From: Squalus acanthias
Taxonomy: Eukaryota
NCBI GenBank assembly: GCA_030390025.1
Contig: CM059427.1
Location: 197,098,001 to 197,162,000, forward strand
Length of the DNA stretch: 64,000 nucleotides
Direction of reading: 5' to 3'
In this document: piece after piece, positions 11,636 to 25,386 of the stretch
How positions within the stretch are numbered: position 1 is the first letter of the stretch
Layout: each line of letters starts with the position of its first letter
Notes under the pieces: generated by a model
Databases searched by the model: none
The model's input: the letters and a program-made list of their open reading frames with translations, nothing else
What the model was told of the DNA's origin: nothing
Program-made: the position numbers and the translations under genes

Positions 11636-14600
11636 AGGGTGGTCACTGACCGGGCCTGTGACCAGGGCAAACGTGGGGCCTGTGGGCTCTCGTTCAGGGC
11701 TTCAGGCCTACACAGGGTGTTTGAGGCCCAGGAGCGAGGTCGGGATCTAGGAGCGAGGTCGGGACCCAGGAGCGAGGTGGAGGCCCAGGACCGAGGTTGG
11801 GACCCAGGAGCGAGGACGAGACTCAGGAGCGAGTAGCGGACCCAGGAGCGAGGTCGGGACCCAGGATCGAGGACGGTACTCAGGAGCGAGGAGCAGGCCC
11901 AGGAGTGAGGACGAGACTAAGGACTGAGGACGGGACCAAGGAGCGAGGACAGGACCCAGGAGTGAGGTCGAGGCCCAGGAGCGAGGATGGGACCCAGGAG
12001 CGAGGACGAGACACAGGAGCGAGGAGCAGGCCCAGGAGTGAGGACGAGACTAAGGACTGAGGACGGGACCAAGGAGCGAGGACGAGGCCCAGGAGCGAGG
12101 ATGGGACCCAGGAGTGAGGACGAGGCCCAGGAGCGAGGTCGAGACCCAGGAGCGAGGTCGGGACCCAGGAGCAAGGACGAGACTCAGGAGCGAGGAGCAG
12201 GCCCAGGAGTGAGGATGAGACTAAGGACTGAGGACGGGACCCAGGAGTGAGGACGAGGCCCAGGGGCGAGGTCGAGGCCCAGGAGTGAGGTCGAGGCCCA
12301 GGAGCGAGGTCGGGACCCAGGAGCAAGGATGAGACTCAGGAGCGAGGACGAGGCCCAGGAGCGAGGACGAGGCCCAGGACCGAGGACGGGACCCAGGAGT
12401 GAGGTCGAGGCCCAGGAGCGAGGTCGGGACCCAAGAGCGAGGACGAGACCCAGGAGCGAGGACGAGGTACAGGAGCGAGGACGATACCCAGGAGTGAGGA
12501 CGAGGCCCAGGGGCAAGGACGGGGCCCAAGAGTGAGGCCGAGGTCCAGGAGCAGGGACAGAAGGAGCAATGAGGTCGGGACCCAGGAGCAAGAATGAGAC
12601 ACAGGAGCGAAACCAGGACCCAGGAGCGAGGTCAGGACCCATGAGCAAGGACGAGGCCCAGGGGCGAGGTCGAGCCCCAGGAGTGGCGCATCATGGACCA
12701 GCAGCGGGGTCGAGGCCCAAGGAAGGTGCAGCATGGGCCAACAGTGAGGTCAGGAGGACCACACTGCAGCCTATGAAACCCAGGCAGAGAGGACCTGCGG
12801 GAAGGAGGGAGGAGGACAGTAGGAGTATGTTTGTGTGTTTGTGTATGTGTGTATGTGTGTGTGTGTGCTAGGCCAATGTAGCAGAGCCTGGTATCCAATT
12901 GTCTTGGTTCCCCTTGCCATTGGACCAAGACCTTGCTCTGTCTAGCCCATGCAGTAGCTTGTGTGCAACGGCCACCCCACGTTAAAGGAATTCACGCACA
13001 GGCATCTTCCATCCTTTAAAATTAAGTTCGGGACCTGGAACATCAGGACCCTCATGGAAAATCCCAACAGTGACAGACGCCATACAGCTATCGTTGCCCA
13101 GGAGCTTAGACATTTCAACATAGACATCGCTGCCCTAAGCGAGACCCGGCGGGCAGGGGAAGGCCAGCTCAAGGAGCAAGGTGGTGGTTACACCTTCTTC
13201 TGGAAAGGCAAACCTGAAGAAGAACGTCGCCTCCATGGGGTAGGCTTCGCCATAAAAATGAGCTAGTTGGACATCTCAGAGACACCGCTTGCAGAATAAA
13301 CGAACGCCTCATGAATCTTTGGCTCACCCTAGCCTGGAATCAGTGTGCTATGGTCATCAGTTCATACGCCCCAACACTGGAAGCCACAGTTGAGACAAAA
13401 GAGAAATTCTACTCCAGCCTCAAACAATTCCTGTCCCGAGTCCCAACGGTCGACAAGCTGATCCTCCTTGGCGACTTTAACGACAGAGTTGGAAAGGACA
13501 CAAACCTCTGGGGAGGTGTGATCGGAAGAGAGGGGGTAGGGAAAGCCTACTCCAATGGTAACCTCCTCCTGACAAAATCCTTAGAAGATGGCCTTGTCAT
13601 AACCAACGCCTTGTTCTGTCAGAGAGACAAGTACAAGGCTTCATGGCAACACACCTGCTCCAAGCACTGGCATCTGCTGGACTACATCATCATCCGAGCA
13701 AGGGACCGCAAGGACGTCTGCATCACCTGGGCCATGACAGGAGCTGACGACTGCTGGACAGAACACCGCCTAATCCACTCTGTCATCTCCATCAACATAG
13801 CCCCAAAACAGCGGCAGCAACAGAAGCAATGCCGCAGGAAAATCAACGCTGGAGCACTCAAAGACCCTGCTAAGAAAGCCCTATTCAGCCTGCGTCTCAC
13901 AACCAACCTGGTGACTCCCAGTGATTCAGAGACACAGAGTCTCCACAGCGCCTGGTCTGCCCTCAAGGCCTCCATTTTCAGCACCTGTGAAGAGACGCTC
14001 GGTCACTCGACCAGCAAACACCAAGACTGGTTCAACAAGAATGACCAGGAGATCCAGGAGCTAATAAGGCACAAGCGCAAGGCATTCCTGATCTGGAAAC
14101 AGCAACACAACTCAAGCAAAAGAAAGCAGCTCTACAGACACCTGAAGGCCGAGGTCCAACAAAAAACTCGCGACCTAAAGAACTATGGTGGGAGGGGAAA
14201 GCGCAGGAGATCCAGCAGCTAGTCGACAACCACGATGTCCGTGGATTCTTTAGTGCAGTCAAGACCACCTACGGCCCAAGCACCCAAGTTCCTAGCCCAC
14301 TGTGGGCTAAGAACGGAGAGGTACTCATCAAGGACAGCGAGGCACTCATCAAGACAGAGAGGCAGTAAGTGTCCACTGGAAGGAGTACTTCAAAGATCTC
14401 CTTAACCGAGTCTCTGTCTTCGACGCGAGTGTCCTCAACTCCATCCCGCAGCATGCTACCCACCACCACCTCAGCACAACCCCAGCCCAGCATGAGGTTG
14501 AAAAGGCCATCTGACAACTGAAGAATATAAGGCTTCAGGAGCAGATGGAATCCCCGCTGAGGTGCTAAAGCATGGTGGAGATGCACTATTGGCGCGAATA

Positions 14601-16259
14601 CATGAAATAATTTCTCTTATTTGGAAGAAGGAGAGCATGCCAGGGGATCTCAGAGACGCCGTAATCGTGACCATCTTCAAGAAATGTGACAAGTCCGATT
14701 GTGATAATTACAGAGGAGTTTCCCTGCTGTCTGCCACTGGGAAAGTCATCACAAGAATCCTACTCAATCACCTTCTCCCAGTGGCTGAAGAGCTCCTCCC
14801 AGAGACGCAATGTGGATTCCGCCCACTAAGGGGCACAATGGACATGATCTTCACCACACGTCAATTACAAGAGAAATGCAGGGAACAGCACCAATTGCAG
14901 GACAGGGCCTTCTTTGACCTCACAAAGGCCTTCGACACTGTCAACCATGAGGAATTATGGAGTGTCCTCCTCAGATTCGGCTGCCCTCAAAAGTTTGTCA
15001 CCATCCTCCACCTGCTTCACGATGACATGCTGTGATCCTGACCAACAGATCCACCACATAACCAATTCACGTACGGGTCAAGCAAGGCTGTGTCATCGCA
15101 CCAACGCTCTTCTCAATCTTCCTTGCTGCAATGCTCCATCTCATCCTCAGTAATCTCCCTGCTGGAGTGGAGGTAATCTACAGAACAAACAGGAAACTGT
15201 TCAAACGCCATCGCCTCCATTCCAGATCCAAGGTCGTCCCATCCGCTGTCGTCGAATTACAATATGCAGATGACGCTTGTGTCTGCGCACACTCGGAGGT
15301 CGAAATCCAAACCATCATCAACTCCTTCACCGAAGCATATGACACCATGGGCCTTACACTAAACATCCGTAAAACAAAGGTCCTCTACCAACCTGCCCCC
15401 GCCACACAGTACTGCTCCCTGATTATCAAAATCCATGACGAGGCCTTGGACAACGTGGACCACTTTCCATACCTCAGGTGCATACTGACAACAAGGGCAG
15501 ATGTCGATGACGAAGTCCAACACCGCCTCAGTGCGCCAGTGCAGCCTTTGGTCGCCTGAGTAAGACAGTATTTGAAGAACAGGACCTCAAACCCAGCACC
15601 AAGCTCATGGTCTACAGAGCAGTAGTGATACCCGCCCTCCTGTATGCTTCAGAGACATGGACCATGTTCAGCAGGCACCTCAAAGCACATGAGAGGTACC
15701 ACCAACGCTGTCTCTGCAAGATCCTGCAAATCCAATGGCAGGCTAGGCGCACCAACGTCAGTGTTCTTGTTCAGGCCAACATCCCCAGCATCAAAGCTTT
15801 GACCACGCTCGATCAGCTCCGATGGACGGGCCACATCCTCCGCATGCCCGATACGAGACTCCGAAAGCAAGCGCTCTACTCGGAGCTCCCACACAGCAAG
15901 AGAGCCCCAGGTGGACAGAGGAAATGCTTCAAGGCCACCCTCAAAGTCTCCTTGAAAAAGTGCAACATCCCCACTGACACTGGGAATCCCTGGCCCAAGA
16001 CCGCACAAAGTGGAGGAGAAGCATCCAGGAAGGCGCCGAACATCTCGATTCTCTTTGCCGGGAGCAAGCGGAAGCCAAGCACAAACAGCAGAAGGAGTGC
16101 ACGTCAACGCAAGAACCCCACCCACCTGTCCCTTCAACCACCGTCTGCCCCACCTGTGACAGAGACTGTAGGTCCCGCATTGGACTCATCAGTCACCTGA
16201 GAAATCATTTTTAGTGTGGAAGCAAGTCATCCTCGGTTTCCAGGGACTGCCTAAGAGAG
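11636..16259 (+). mobile_element. Near full-length RTE-clade LINE (decayed APE + RT)
   Basis: APE motifs GTWNIRTL, ALSETR and LLGDFN. RT motifs QCGFRPLRGTMDMIF, FDLTKAFD and YADD. Short-repeat tail TAAGAGAGA. 8-bp TSD AATAATCT at 11628-11635 and 16260-16267. Confidence 0.92.
11725..12725 (+). repeat. GC-rich 19-bp minisatellite (consensus ~CCCAGGAGCGAGGWCGRGA), about 50 units
   Basis: Unit spacing of 19 bp. The variant unit GAGCAGGCCC recurs at 11891, 12024 and 12195, i.e. 7 and 9 units apart. Confidence 0.95.
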
Positions 16260-19200
16260 AATAATCTGGTAAACATTAGCCAACCTAGCTTCCGAAGGCG
16301 AGGATTACATATGACCAAGCACTTACACGTCTTTGAGTAAATGACAGGCTAAGTAGAAAGCTATACCAATTATTGTACATAAACTTCCAAAAGGCATTTG
16401 AAAATGTTTCCTATTAGTCAAACCCAAAGCTATTAGCATTCAAGGTGTACCCTGATAATGGATGCTAACACTGGCTTAAGGGTAGAAAATAATTCGTACT
16501 GGCTAGAGGATTTATGTCAGTTTGGTGGAGCATTGAGTGGAGAATCTCAGGGGTCAGTACGGAGACCACTATTGTTTTATATTTTCATAAATGACGTGAA
16601 CACGGAAACACAATGTAAAGTGGTAAAATTTGCTGATGAATCCAAACTGGGAGAGGCAGTGGAATCAGAGGAAGCAGCTCAGAATTTGTAGAACGAGTTC
16701 GACAAAATAAGTGTGTGGTAGACAATGGCAGAAAAAAAATAGAAAAATGCAAAATACTAAGTATAGGAAGAAAATAGTTACGGATGAAACTGAAAGAGAC
16801 TTAGGAGTCTTAGTAGAAACAGCACTGAACATACCGACCATTGCAGAGCCACAACCAAGGACATAATCGTACTAAATAGCCAATTGAATAGACTATCATT
16901 CATAGGATGTCATGTTCAAGATATACAGCGCTCTAGTTAGACCACATCTTGAGTGCAGTTTCCAATTCTGGTAGCATGTAAACACTGGAAGTAAAGCAGG
17001 GACGAATTCTAATGGAAGAGTTTTGAGCCGTGAGGCAACACCAGAGAAACATGGGCTTTACAGCCTTAAAATGAGGCATCTGAGAGGTGATATGTAAGTT
17101 ATGGAAAATGAAAATCCAAAATGTTAATTGCAAGAGCAGGACGGTGGGAATAGATTCAAAGCAGTAAAGGGCAATTTTGGACTAATCTCTTTTATAACAG
17201 GATTTCTTTTTCTCACACAATGACTGATCAACGCATGAAATGGACTCCCGAATAAAGTACTGGGAACACAATCTCTCGAATCATTTAAGAAGCAATTGGA
17301 AACTGCAATAGAGGGCGTGTAAGCTGCTTCTCGAAAAAATAGGCTGTATGGTCATCTTCAGTTATCTTGTGACCTTGTGAATAGAACTCGTACAAATGCT
17401 TTGAAGATTATTCTTTCAATAATAAAATGCACTTATTACAGTCGACATGTTGATCCCTAGCAGCGAAAATGTTTTACTGTGGAGGATCTGCAAGTCATGA
17501 CAGTTTCTCTAATGGAACTACTAAAGGGGAGATTGACTTTCAATTCTATAAAGGAGGAGTTAAACCTATTGTTATGCGACAAAGATATTGAACATTGTTT
17601 CAGCAGAAAGGGATTTTGCAATAACTGAAGAACTAATATTATTTACCAAAGAAATATGAAAGACTTAAAGTTATTGCGTTCTTACATTGTACGGGGCGGA
17701 CTGGTGCCCACTGCAGTGGCAAGCACAATAATGCAGATCACGTACACAGTCGAAGAAGTAGCTCTCATGAATGCTCACACTGGCGTTCTGGAAGCCTTGG
17801 GGTACAATGTTCAATAAGCAGTCAAGACGGCTTACCACTCATTTGGAAAATATAGACAATCATTAAAGTTTAATACAACGACTCCATGTTAAAATAGTTC
17901 AATAGATCTCATGAAGTGATGTCGCCCAGAGGTGGTAGACATGGAAAAGCATGTGGGGGCATTAGATAGCGGACTAAAAGTCATGTCAATGGCAGTTCTG
18001 TGTTATCATGTATCCATGCACAGGTGACTGAAGCTCACATAACTGGAAGCAACGAGAACACAGGAAGGAAAACAAAGAATATTCCTTGCACTGATAAAGC
18101 TAACCATTTGGCTCAGCAGCTACCCTATTAATGCTGTGCATAAATTTCTAAATATCATGGCCTAAGTAAGGTAAAACATATTCATGAGATGATCATATGT
18201 GTTTAAACACCAAGAGAACTAAACAGATGTACCCAATTAATATTCAAATTATTTTCTTTTAATTTAATTTTTCGTTTTTTTTTCTCATTTTATTAACTTA
18301 CAAAATCGGAAGTGTTCACTTATCAAAAAGTGAAACAAACTGACCGTATATGGTTATTACCAAAATGAATGTTTGAAGCATTTGGCAATTTATGATAGTT
18401 CATACGTCAATAGAACTGCATTTTGGCCAATTGGAGTCCTTAATAATAAAAAAAGTTATTGACATGCCATGGCACCTCTCTCCCTTGCTGCAGTGGTTCG
18501 TCTGCTGCTGGTGGCTGTTATGCACCTGGCCTTACTTAGCTTGCTGATATTTGTCAGTCAAATCTATGAAGAAGCGTTTGTCCCAAGCTATATTCTCCAC
18601 ACAATGTCAAAAGAACGGAGGCGCTCTAACCCTTAATATAAAATTGATGTTTGAAAGTTTATGTAGCGAAGCATTGCCACAAATACTTTTTTTTATCTTA
18701 TCTCAACTCTGCTGTCTTCAGACTGGCTGCTGGCTGGCACAAGCCCAGCTATAGATATACCATTTAGAATCTTTTGAAGATAGATTGAAGCAAGAAACAT
18801 AAAGAATTGTATCGCTCATAACATTAAGAGATCAGCTAATTACATCTCATCAATTACATGGGATGTTTGCCTACAAAAATGCATTAACCACTTACAGTAA
18901 AGCCAACACATTTCTCTCGGTTTATCTGTAACCTATCAAAGTGTCATATTGAATAAATTAAATAGAATGACAACCAATCAGAAAAATGTCAAGAAATGCT
19001 TCTTAAGAATAGAGAATGTTAATTGATCCTTTGTTATCCCGGAGTATACTGTCTGAAAAATCAGCAAACAGCGATCACTTTTAGTTCTATCTGTGCGATA
19101 GCCAGTAAGAAAGAATGTAACAAATAATACAATTGAGACAAAATGCTTTGTCACATCACTACCTATTTTGAAAAGCCACCTCACCACGTATGCGAGGCCA

Positions 19201-19534
19201 TAACCTTGCTTGTGAGGGTCATATGCACTGAACCTAGCAGCTATCCATGGCCTGCCAGGTATCCTGAGTTTTAGGACTCTATGGAATGCGTGGAAACATA
19301 CCCAACAGATATACAACGCCTGTGTCTAACAGCTTTGTCACCTTGCTCCTTGTCATGAACACATACTCTGCATGGCATGGATACTGGCTGTGGCCTGAGA
19401 GGCACAAAACTGGCTGCATTTGTCAAACTACCTCAAAATAGATGCTCTATCTGAAGGTAATGGACAGAAACTGCATAGGCTTCAATACTGACTTTATCTG
19501 CTGGTTTGTTCACTGACCCCAGCTTAAAAAACAA

Positions 19535-22492
19535 TTAAATAAATCTGGAATAAACAGTTAGCATTGGTAATGGTGACAATGAAGGTATTGGATTTTCATA
19601 CTAATCTAACTGGTTCACGAATCTCCTTCAGGGAAGAAAACCTGAAATCTTTACCTGGTCTGGCCGATATGAGACTCTAGATCCACAACAATGTGATGGA
19701 GTCTTAACTGCCCTCTGAAATTGCCTATAAAACCACTCAGTTGTATCAAACCACCACAAAGAAGTATATTAAGCATAAAACCGGATGGACCTAGGCATTG
19801 GATACTGATCCTTTAAATAGCTCCATTCCTGGGAATACAATCCTAGTTTGTGTAATCGCGCCTCGTAATTTAACCCTCGGACTCCAGGTATCATTCTGAT
19901 AAATATACACTGCACTCCCTCCAAGTTCAATATATCCTTCCTAAGTCGACCCTGCAAAGTCGATCTCACTAACAACTGGGGACTTGTCAAGCAACATCCT
20001 GATATAGTCATAGTCACAGAGTCGTGCATATAAACCAAGGTCCCAGACTCCTCCATCGCCATCCCTGTGTATGTCCTGTCCCACCGGCAGGAGAGACCCA
20101 CCAGAGGTGGCAACACAGTGGCATACATTCGGGAAACAGAACTGGGGTTGCATGTACATAGATTATTAAAATGTCATGGACAGGTACAGAAAACAATGAA
20201 AAATGGCTAATGGAATGCTGGCCTTTTTATAGGGAGGACTAGAATACAAGGGATAGAAGTTATGATGCAACTAAAGGAAGCCCTGGTTAGACCACACCTG
20301 GAGTACTTTGAGCAGTTCTGGGCACCATAGCTTAAGAAGGACATATTGGCCTTGGAGGGAGTGCAGCGTATATTTACCAGAATGGTACCTGGACTCCAAG
20401 GGTTAAATTACGAGGTGAGATTGCACAAACTAGGGTTGTATTCTCTGGAATTTAGAAGGTTAATGGGTGATTTGATCGAAGTTTTCAAGATATTAAGGGG
20501 AAATAATAGGGTAGATAGAGAGAAAATAGTCCCGCTATTGAGGAGTCTAGGACTAGGGGACATAGCCTAAAAATTAGAGCCAGGCCTTGCAGGCATGTAG
20601 ATAAGAAACACTTCTACACACAAAGGGTGGTAGAAGTTTGGAACTCTCTTCTGCAAACTGCAATTAATGCGAGGTCAATTGGTCATTTTAAATCTAAGAT
20701 TGATAGATTTTTGTTAACCAATGGTATTAAAGGATAGGGGGCAAAGGCAGGTATATGGAATTAGGTCATAGGTCAGTCGTGATCTCATTGAATGGCGAAA
20801 CAGGCTCGATGGGCTAAATGGCCTACTCCTATTCTTATGTTCCTATGAGGGACTGACCCTGGGACCCCTGAACATTGACTCCAGACCCCATGAAGTCGCA
20901 TTGCATCAGGTCAAACATGGACAAGGAAACCTCCTGCTAATTGCCACCTACCGCCTTCTCTCTGATGATGAATCAGTATTCCTCCATGTTGAACACCATT
21001 TGGAAGAATCAGTGAGGATAACAAGGGTAGTGACTGTAATCTGGGTGGGGGACTTCAATGCCCATCAGCAAGAGTGGCTCGGCACCGGCCGACTGCTAAA
21101 GGACATAGCTGCCACTCTGGGCTTGTGGCAGGTTGTGAGAGAAACAACAGGAGAGAAAATCATACTTGACGCCATCCTCACCATTCGACCTGTCGCAGAT
21201 TCATCTGTCTATGACAGTAGGAGTGATCATCGCACAGTCCTTGTGGAGACAAAGTCCCATCTTCACACTGAAGACACCCTCCATTGGGTCGTGTGATACT
21301 AACACTGTCTAAATGGGATAAATTAAGAACAGATCTAGAAGCTCAAAACTGGACATCTATGAGGCGCTGTGGGCCAACAGCAGCAGCAAAATTGCAATCC
21401 ACCACAATCTGTAAACTCATGGCCCGGCATATCCCTCACTCTACCATTAATATCAAGCCAGGGGAGCAAACCTAGTGCAATGAGGAGTGCAGAAGAGCAT
21501 GCTAGGAGCAGCACCAGGCTTACCTGCAAATGAGGTACAAATCTGGTGAAGCTACAACCCAGGACTACATGCATGCTAAACGGCGGAAGCAGCATGCTAT
21601 AGACAGAGTTTAGCAATCCCACGACCAAAGGATCAGATCAAAGCTCTGCAGTCCTGTCACATTCAGTCGTCAATGGTGGTGGAGAATTAAACATCTAACA
21701 GGAGCCACAGTTTTCATGAACTGCTCCATCCTCATCATCAGTGGAGCCCAGCACAGGAGTGCAAAAGACAAGATGAACCGTTTGCAAACCTCATCACCCA
21801 GAAGTGCCGAGTGGATGATCCTTCTTGGCCTCCTCTTGACTTCCCCACCATCACAGATTCCATTCTTCAGCCAATTCGATTCTTTCCATGTGACATCAAG
21901 AATCGGCTGAGTGCACTGGATACAGCAAAGACTATGGGCCCTGACAACATGCCAGCAATATTGCTGAAAACCTATGCTCCAGAACTAGCCGCACATCTCA
22001 CCAAGCTGCTCCAGTACAGCTACAACACTGGCATCTACCCGACAATGTGGAAAACTGCCCAGGTATATCCTGTCCACAAAAAGCATGACAAATCCAATCC
22101 AGACAATTACCGCCCCATCAGCCTACTCTTAATCATTAGCAGATGTTACTTGCCACTTATCAGCCAAATCCTGAACATTGTCCAGGTCTTGCTTCTTCGA
22201 CAGCACCTCCCAAACCTTAAACCGCTACCACCTAGAATGACAAGGGTAGCAGGTGCATGGGAACACCACCACCTCCACGTTCCCCTCCGAGTCATATACC
22301 ATACTGACTTGGACATATATCACCCTTACTTCATCCTAGAACTCCGTACCTTACAGCACTGTTATAGTACCTTCACCACACGGACTGCAGCAGTTCAAGA
22401 AAGTGGCTCACGACCACCTCTTCAAGGGCAACATGGGATGCGCAATAACGCTGGCCTTGCCAGCGGTACCCATGTCCCATGAATGAAAAATA
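19535..22492 (+). mobile_element. Family B LINE with SINE-like 5' region, internal deletions and nested CR1 pieces
   Basis: APE remnants (IATYR, WVGDFNAH, SDH), NYRPISLL, and the same 3' end as 1279-3622. Confidence 0.8.
20140..20848 (+). mobile_element. CR1 3' fragment nested in the family B LINE
   Basis: ALEGVQRIFTRMVPG...GDLIEVFKI, plus a CR1 tail TTCTTATGTTCCTATG. Confidence 0.85.
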
Positions 22493-23069
22493 TCCATGAC
22501 TTCCTGTTACTCAGCACGTCATGCTTTGATCAGAGCTGACACAAGATCCTCCCTGAAACAATGCTGACTCTTTGTTTCTTCTCTGCTGAGTGAATCTATA
22601 CCCCTACTCTGCACGGTCAGGAACCACCATAGCCCTGCAAATATCTGTATCCCCTAGGCTAGCCCAGGTCTCATCTCTGTGACCTAATCTCGGCATGATC
22701 CATTCAATACTTACATAACCTCAGGTAAAAACAACAATGATATAGTTGAAGAAACCTTACCTATTTTATGACTGTCTAAGTAGGATATTCATCACAAGTT
22801 TGGTCCACTGGTAAATGTGTGGCCCCTGCAAACCACAAAAACATAAGCAATTCGTGTCTTTAATATAAAAACCTGACAAGTGCCATCGCACTTTGTGCCC
22901 AGTAAGTCCTTGGTGTGTCTCACATTTCCAATGGTATGGTAGAGGAAACATGGCATACTTTCAAAATCCACCTTTACCATTAATCTAGCCATATCAGATC
23001 TTATGAATGCACTTGATTTCTTCGACTGTGCTACAGAACCTCTTAAATACCAACAATTGTCGGCGTTAC

Positions 23070-23207
23070 CTGTCAGATTGACTCAGTGGTAACACTTCCA
23101 TCTCTACATGTGAAGGTCATGTATTCAAATATTATTCTTTGACATTAGCACAAATCTAAGCTGGCACTTTAGCACAGTACTGAGAGAATGCTTCATTGCA
23201 AAGGTAC
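23070..23207 (+). mobile_element. DeuSINE-like 5' fragment
   Basis: tRNA-like head (GACTCAGTGGTAACAC) and CAGTACTGAGAGAATGC core, cut off by the Harbinger element. Confidence 0.55.
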
Positions 23208-23529
23208 AGGTGTAAAAATTTGTTAGCCCCTGAAAACGGGATCGCGATGCACAATCAACCCACACCCGTTCAAAGGAATGCAGACAGTTTGAAAAGGTTG
23301 TGCTGCCTGCTGATTAGCATGACTGTGGCGTTCAGCCCAGCAGTGAATACACTGCTGAGTGGCTGAACACTCAGCAGGGGACCCAAGTTCGTGCGAGGCT
23401 AGCACCACTTAAATCTAGCCGGCACTACTTAAAGTCAGTCTGCACCTCTTAAAGGGGAGGTGCCTTCTGCTTGCAGCCACTCATTGAACTGACTGGGGAA
23501 GAGAGTGATAGGAGGAGAAAAGCAAAATT

Positions 23530-25386
23530 ATGTCACCTAGGTTCCCTGATGCGGCTCTGAAGGGCTTGGTGAAGTTGAGGAGAGAGGTGTTCTTTCCACA
23601 GGAGGCCAGAAATCCCACCAGGCAACAGCTTAATGTCCAATGCGATAAGATAGCTGCTGTGGTGAATGCCAGCAGTTTAGCCCCGAGGACCTCACACGAG
23701 TGGTCAAGTTCAGTGCATTCATCTTCAAATGCCATATCCCACCATCTGCACCATTGGCCTTACACACTGCTCAATGCACCAAACCCCTATCACTCACCTA
23801 CCAAGAATCTCTACCAAACACGACTCATACCTCACATTTATAGCCTCACCTCATTCTCACACTCTTACCACTGCTGCAAGGCTCACACCCACATCTCACA
23901 ACTTGCACACACTGTCAGCTATTCAAGCATGACAGGCATATCATCCAAACACAATCCACCACACTCACTGACAAATTTACCCTTCTCTTGCAGGAAAAGG
24001 TGGCTCACAACCGGCAGCAGCAGGACATAACTGGCGGAGGACAGTTGTGCCTGCATAACCTCACCCCTATGGTGGAGACGGTGCTGGCAATTCTTGGGTG
24101 TGGCATCGCTGTTTCCTTGGCGACTGGCAGGGCTGAAAGAATCCATGATGCTGGTATCCTCATATTTGCCTCTCATCCCACAAGCTCTTCTGATTTACAA
24201 GCTACAAATGGTGTAAGCATGCACATGTTGCTTCCCCCCACCCCTCACCACCAGCCCACTCATGTGCCTTTCTCATTTTGGAGACCCAAGAACTGTGTCT
24301 CCGAAATGAGAAAGGCACTGGTGCAAGAAGAAGAGGGAGAGGAGAGTGATGATGAAGAAGAAACACCATCATTCAATCTGACACTCAACCGCCAGCTCAG
24401 ATATTGGCACTGCATGGACTTTACATGGTAGCTTAGAGGCGGTATCTGCATGTGGTGAAGACACCAGGCACGAGTGGGCTGCAACCAAGGCAGGGGGAAA
24501 GGCTACTGCAGGTGCCAGCTCCCCAGAGGGCGAGGGTGCACACAAGTTTTGCTACAGAGGACTCAGATGAGAACTTTGATGGGGTGGCCTATGGAAGAAC
24601 GCTGATAGGTAAGTAAACTGAATGCTTGGTGCATTGGCATGCCTGCCAGAAAACCTGAGTGTAATGTCAATATGCATAGAGCTCTGTGCATCAACCTTGC
24701 ACAGGGCTTTGCACAGAGCTTGGAGCCCATGATTTCCAGCATGTAATTGATGGGCAACTTCATTAGTGCACTTGTGGACCCAACCATGTTGCAGAATCTG
24801 ATGGCTAATGTCTCAGCTTCCATTGTAGCATAAGCAGAATCCACCCAACGTCTGAGTGCTGCAGTGGAAGCGTAGACTTCTGTCATGCAAGCTCAGACTG
24901 CTCTCATGCAGGCTCAACTTGCTGCCATGTAAGCTAAGACTGCTGCCATCGTGGCTGTGTTTACTAGTTTGGAAAGGGGCTTGCCGGGGTTCACAGCAGT
25001 CCAGCAATCTGTCCTCCAACAGATGGCTAGGAATGTTGAGGCACGTTCCTGGGGGAGTGGCAGTGGTTCCGTGGAGCACGAACCTGCTGTCCTCTCTCAG
25101 GATGATAGCATTCATCCTCCCACCACTGCCTGTGCCCTTGATGTTGCCTGTCAGCCAGTCAGCCCAGACTGTTGCCGCCATGCCAAGGGGGTGCAGTCCA
25201 CAGCCAGCCTTCTAGGCCCAGAGCTGATCGACGTCATCCTGTAAGGCCATCTGCGGTCTCCCCCACTGAAAGTCAGCAGCCTTCCACCAGCCATGCTGCA
25301 GCCACAAAGGTAGCACTTCGTAGGAGCATCAAGATAGGCAAAAGCACACTGAAGACAGGCACTAAGGAAATGCACAAGTGTGATTA
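23530..25386 (+). pseudogene. Harbinger Myb/SANT-like DNA-binding protein, multi-exon, disrupted
   Basis: PRFPDAAL...RREVFFP...IAAVVNASSLAPRT then DLTRVVK. Acceptor CTTGCAG at 23993 leads into EKVAHNRQQQDITGGG. Acidic tract downstream. Frameshifts and stops present. Confidence 0.75.

Larger units (their letters stand above)
10600..17380 (+). mobile_element. Ancient degraded CR1, split by the RTE insertion
   Basis: NYRPIGITSIPCKI before 11635 continues after 16260 with NNLVNISQ, then SQGSVRRPLLFYIFIND and KFADESKLG. Confidence 0.75.

Noticed and set aside
11639-12928. Many overlapping Pro/Gly/Arg-rich ORFs and a CRISPR-like periodicity
   Set aside because: These are by-products of a 19-bp minisatellite. 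There are no unique spacers or cas genes, and the context is eukaryotic.
17776-17800. ACTGGCGTT resembling the DWRF/Y of Pcdh constant exon 1
   Set aside because: Wrong strand, wrong flanking residues and no splice sites.
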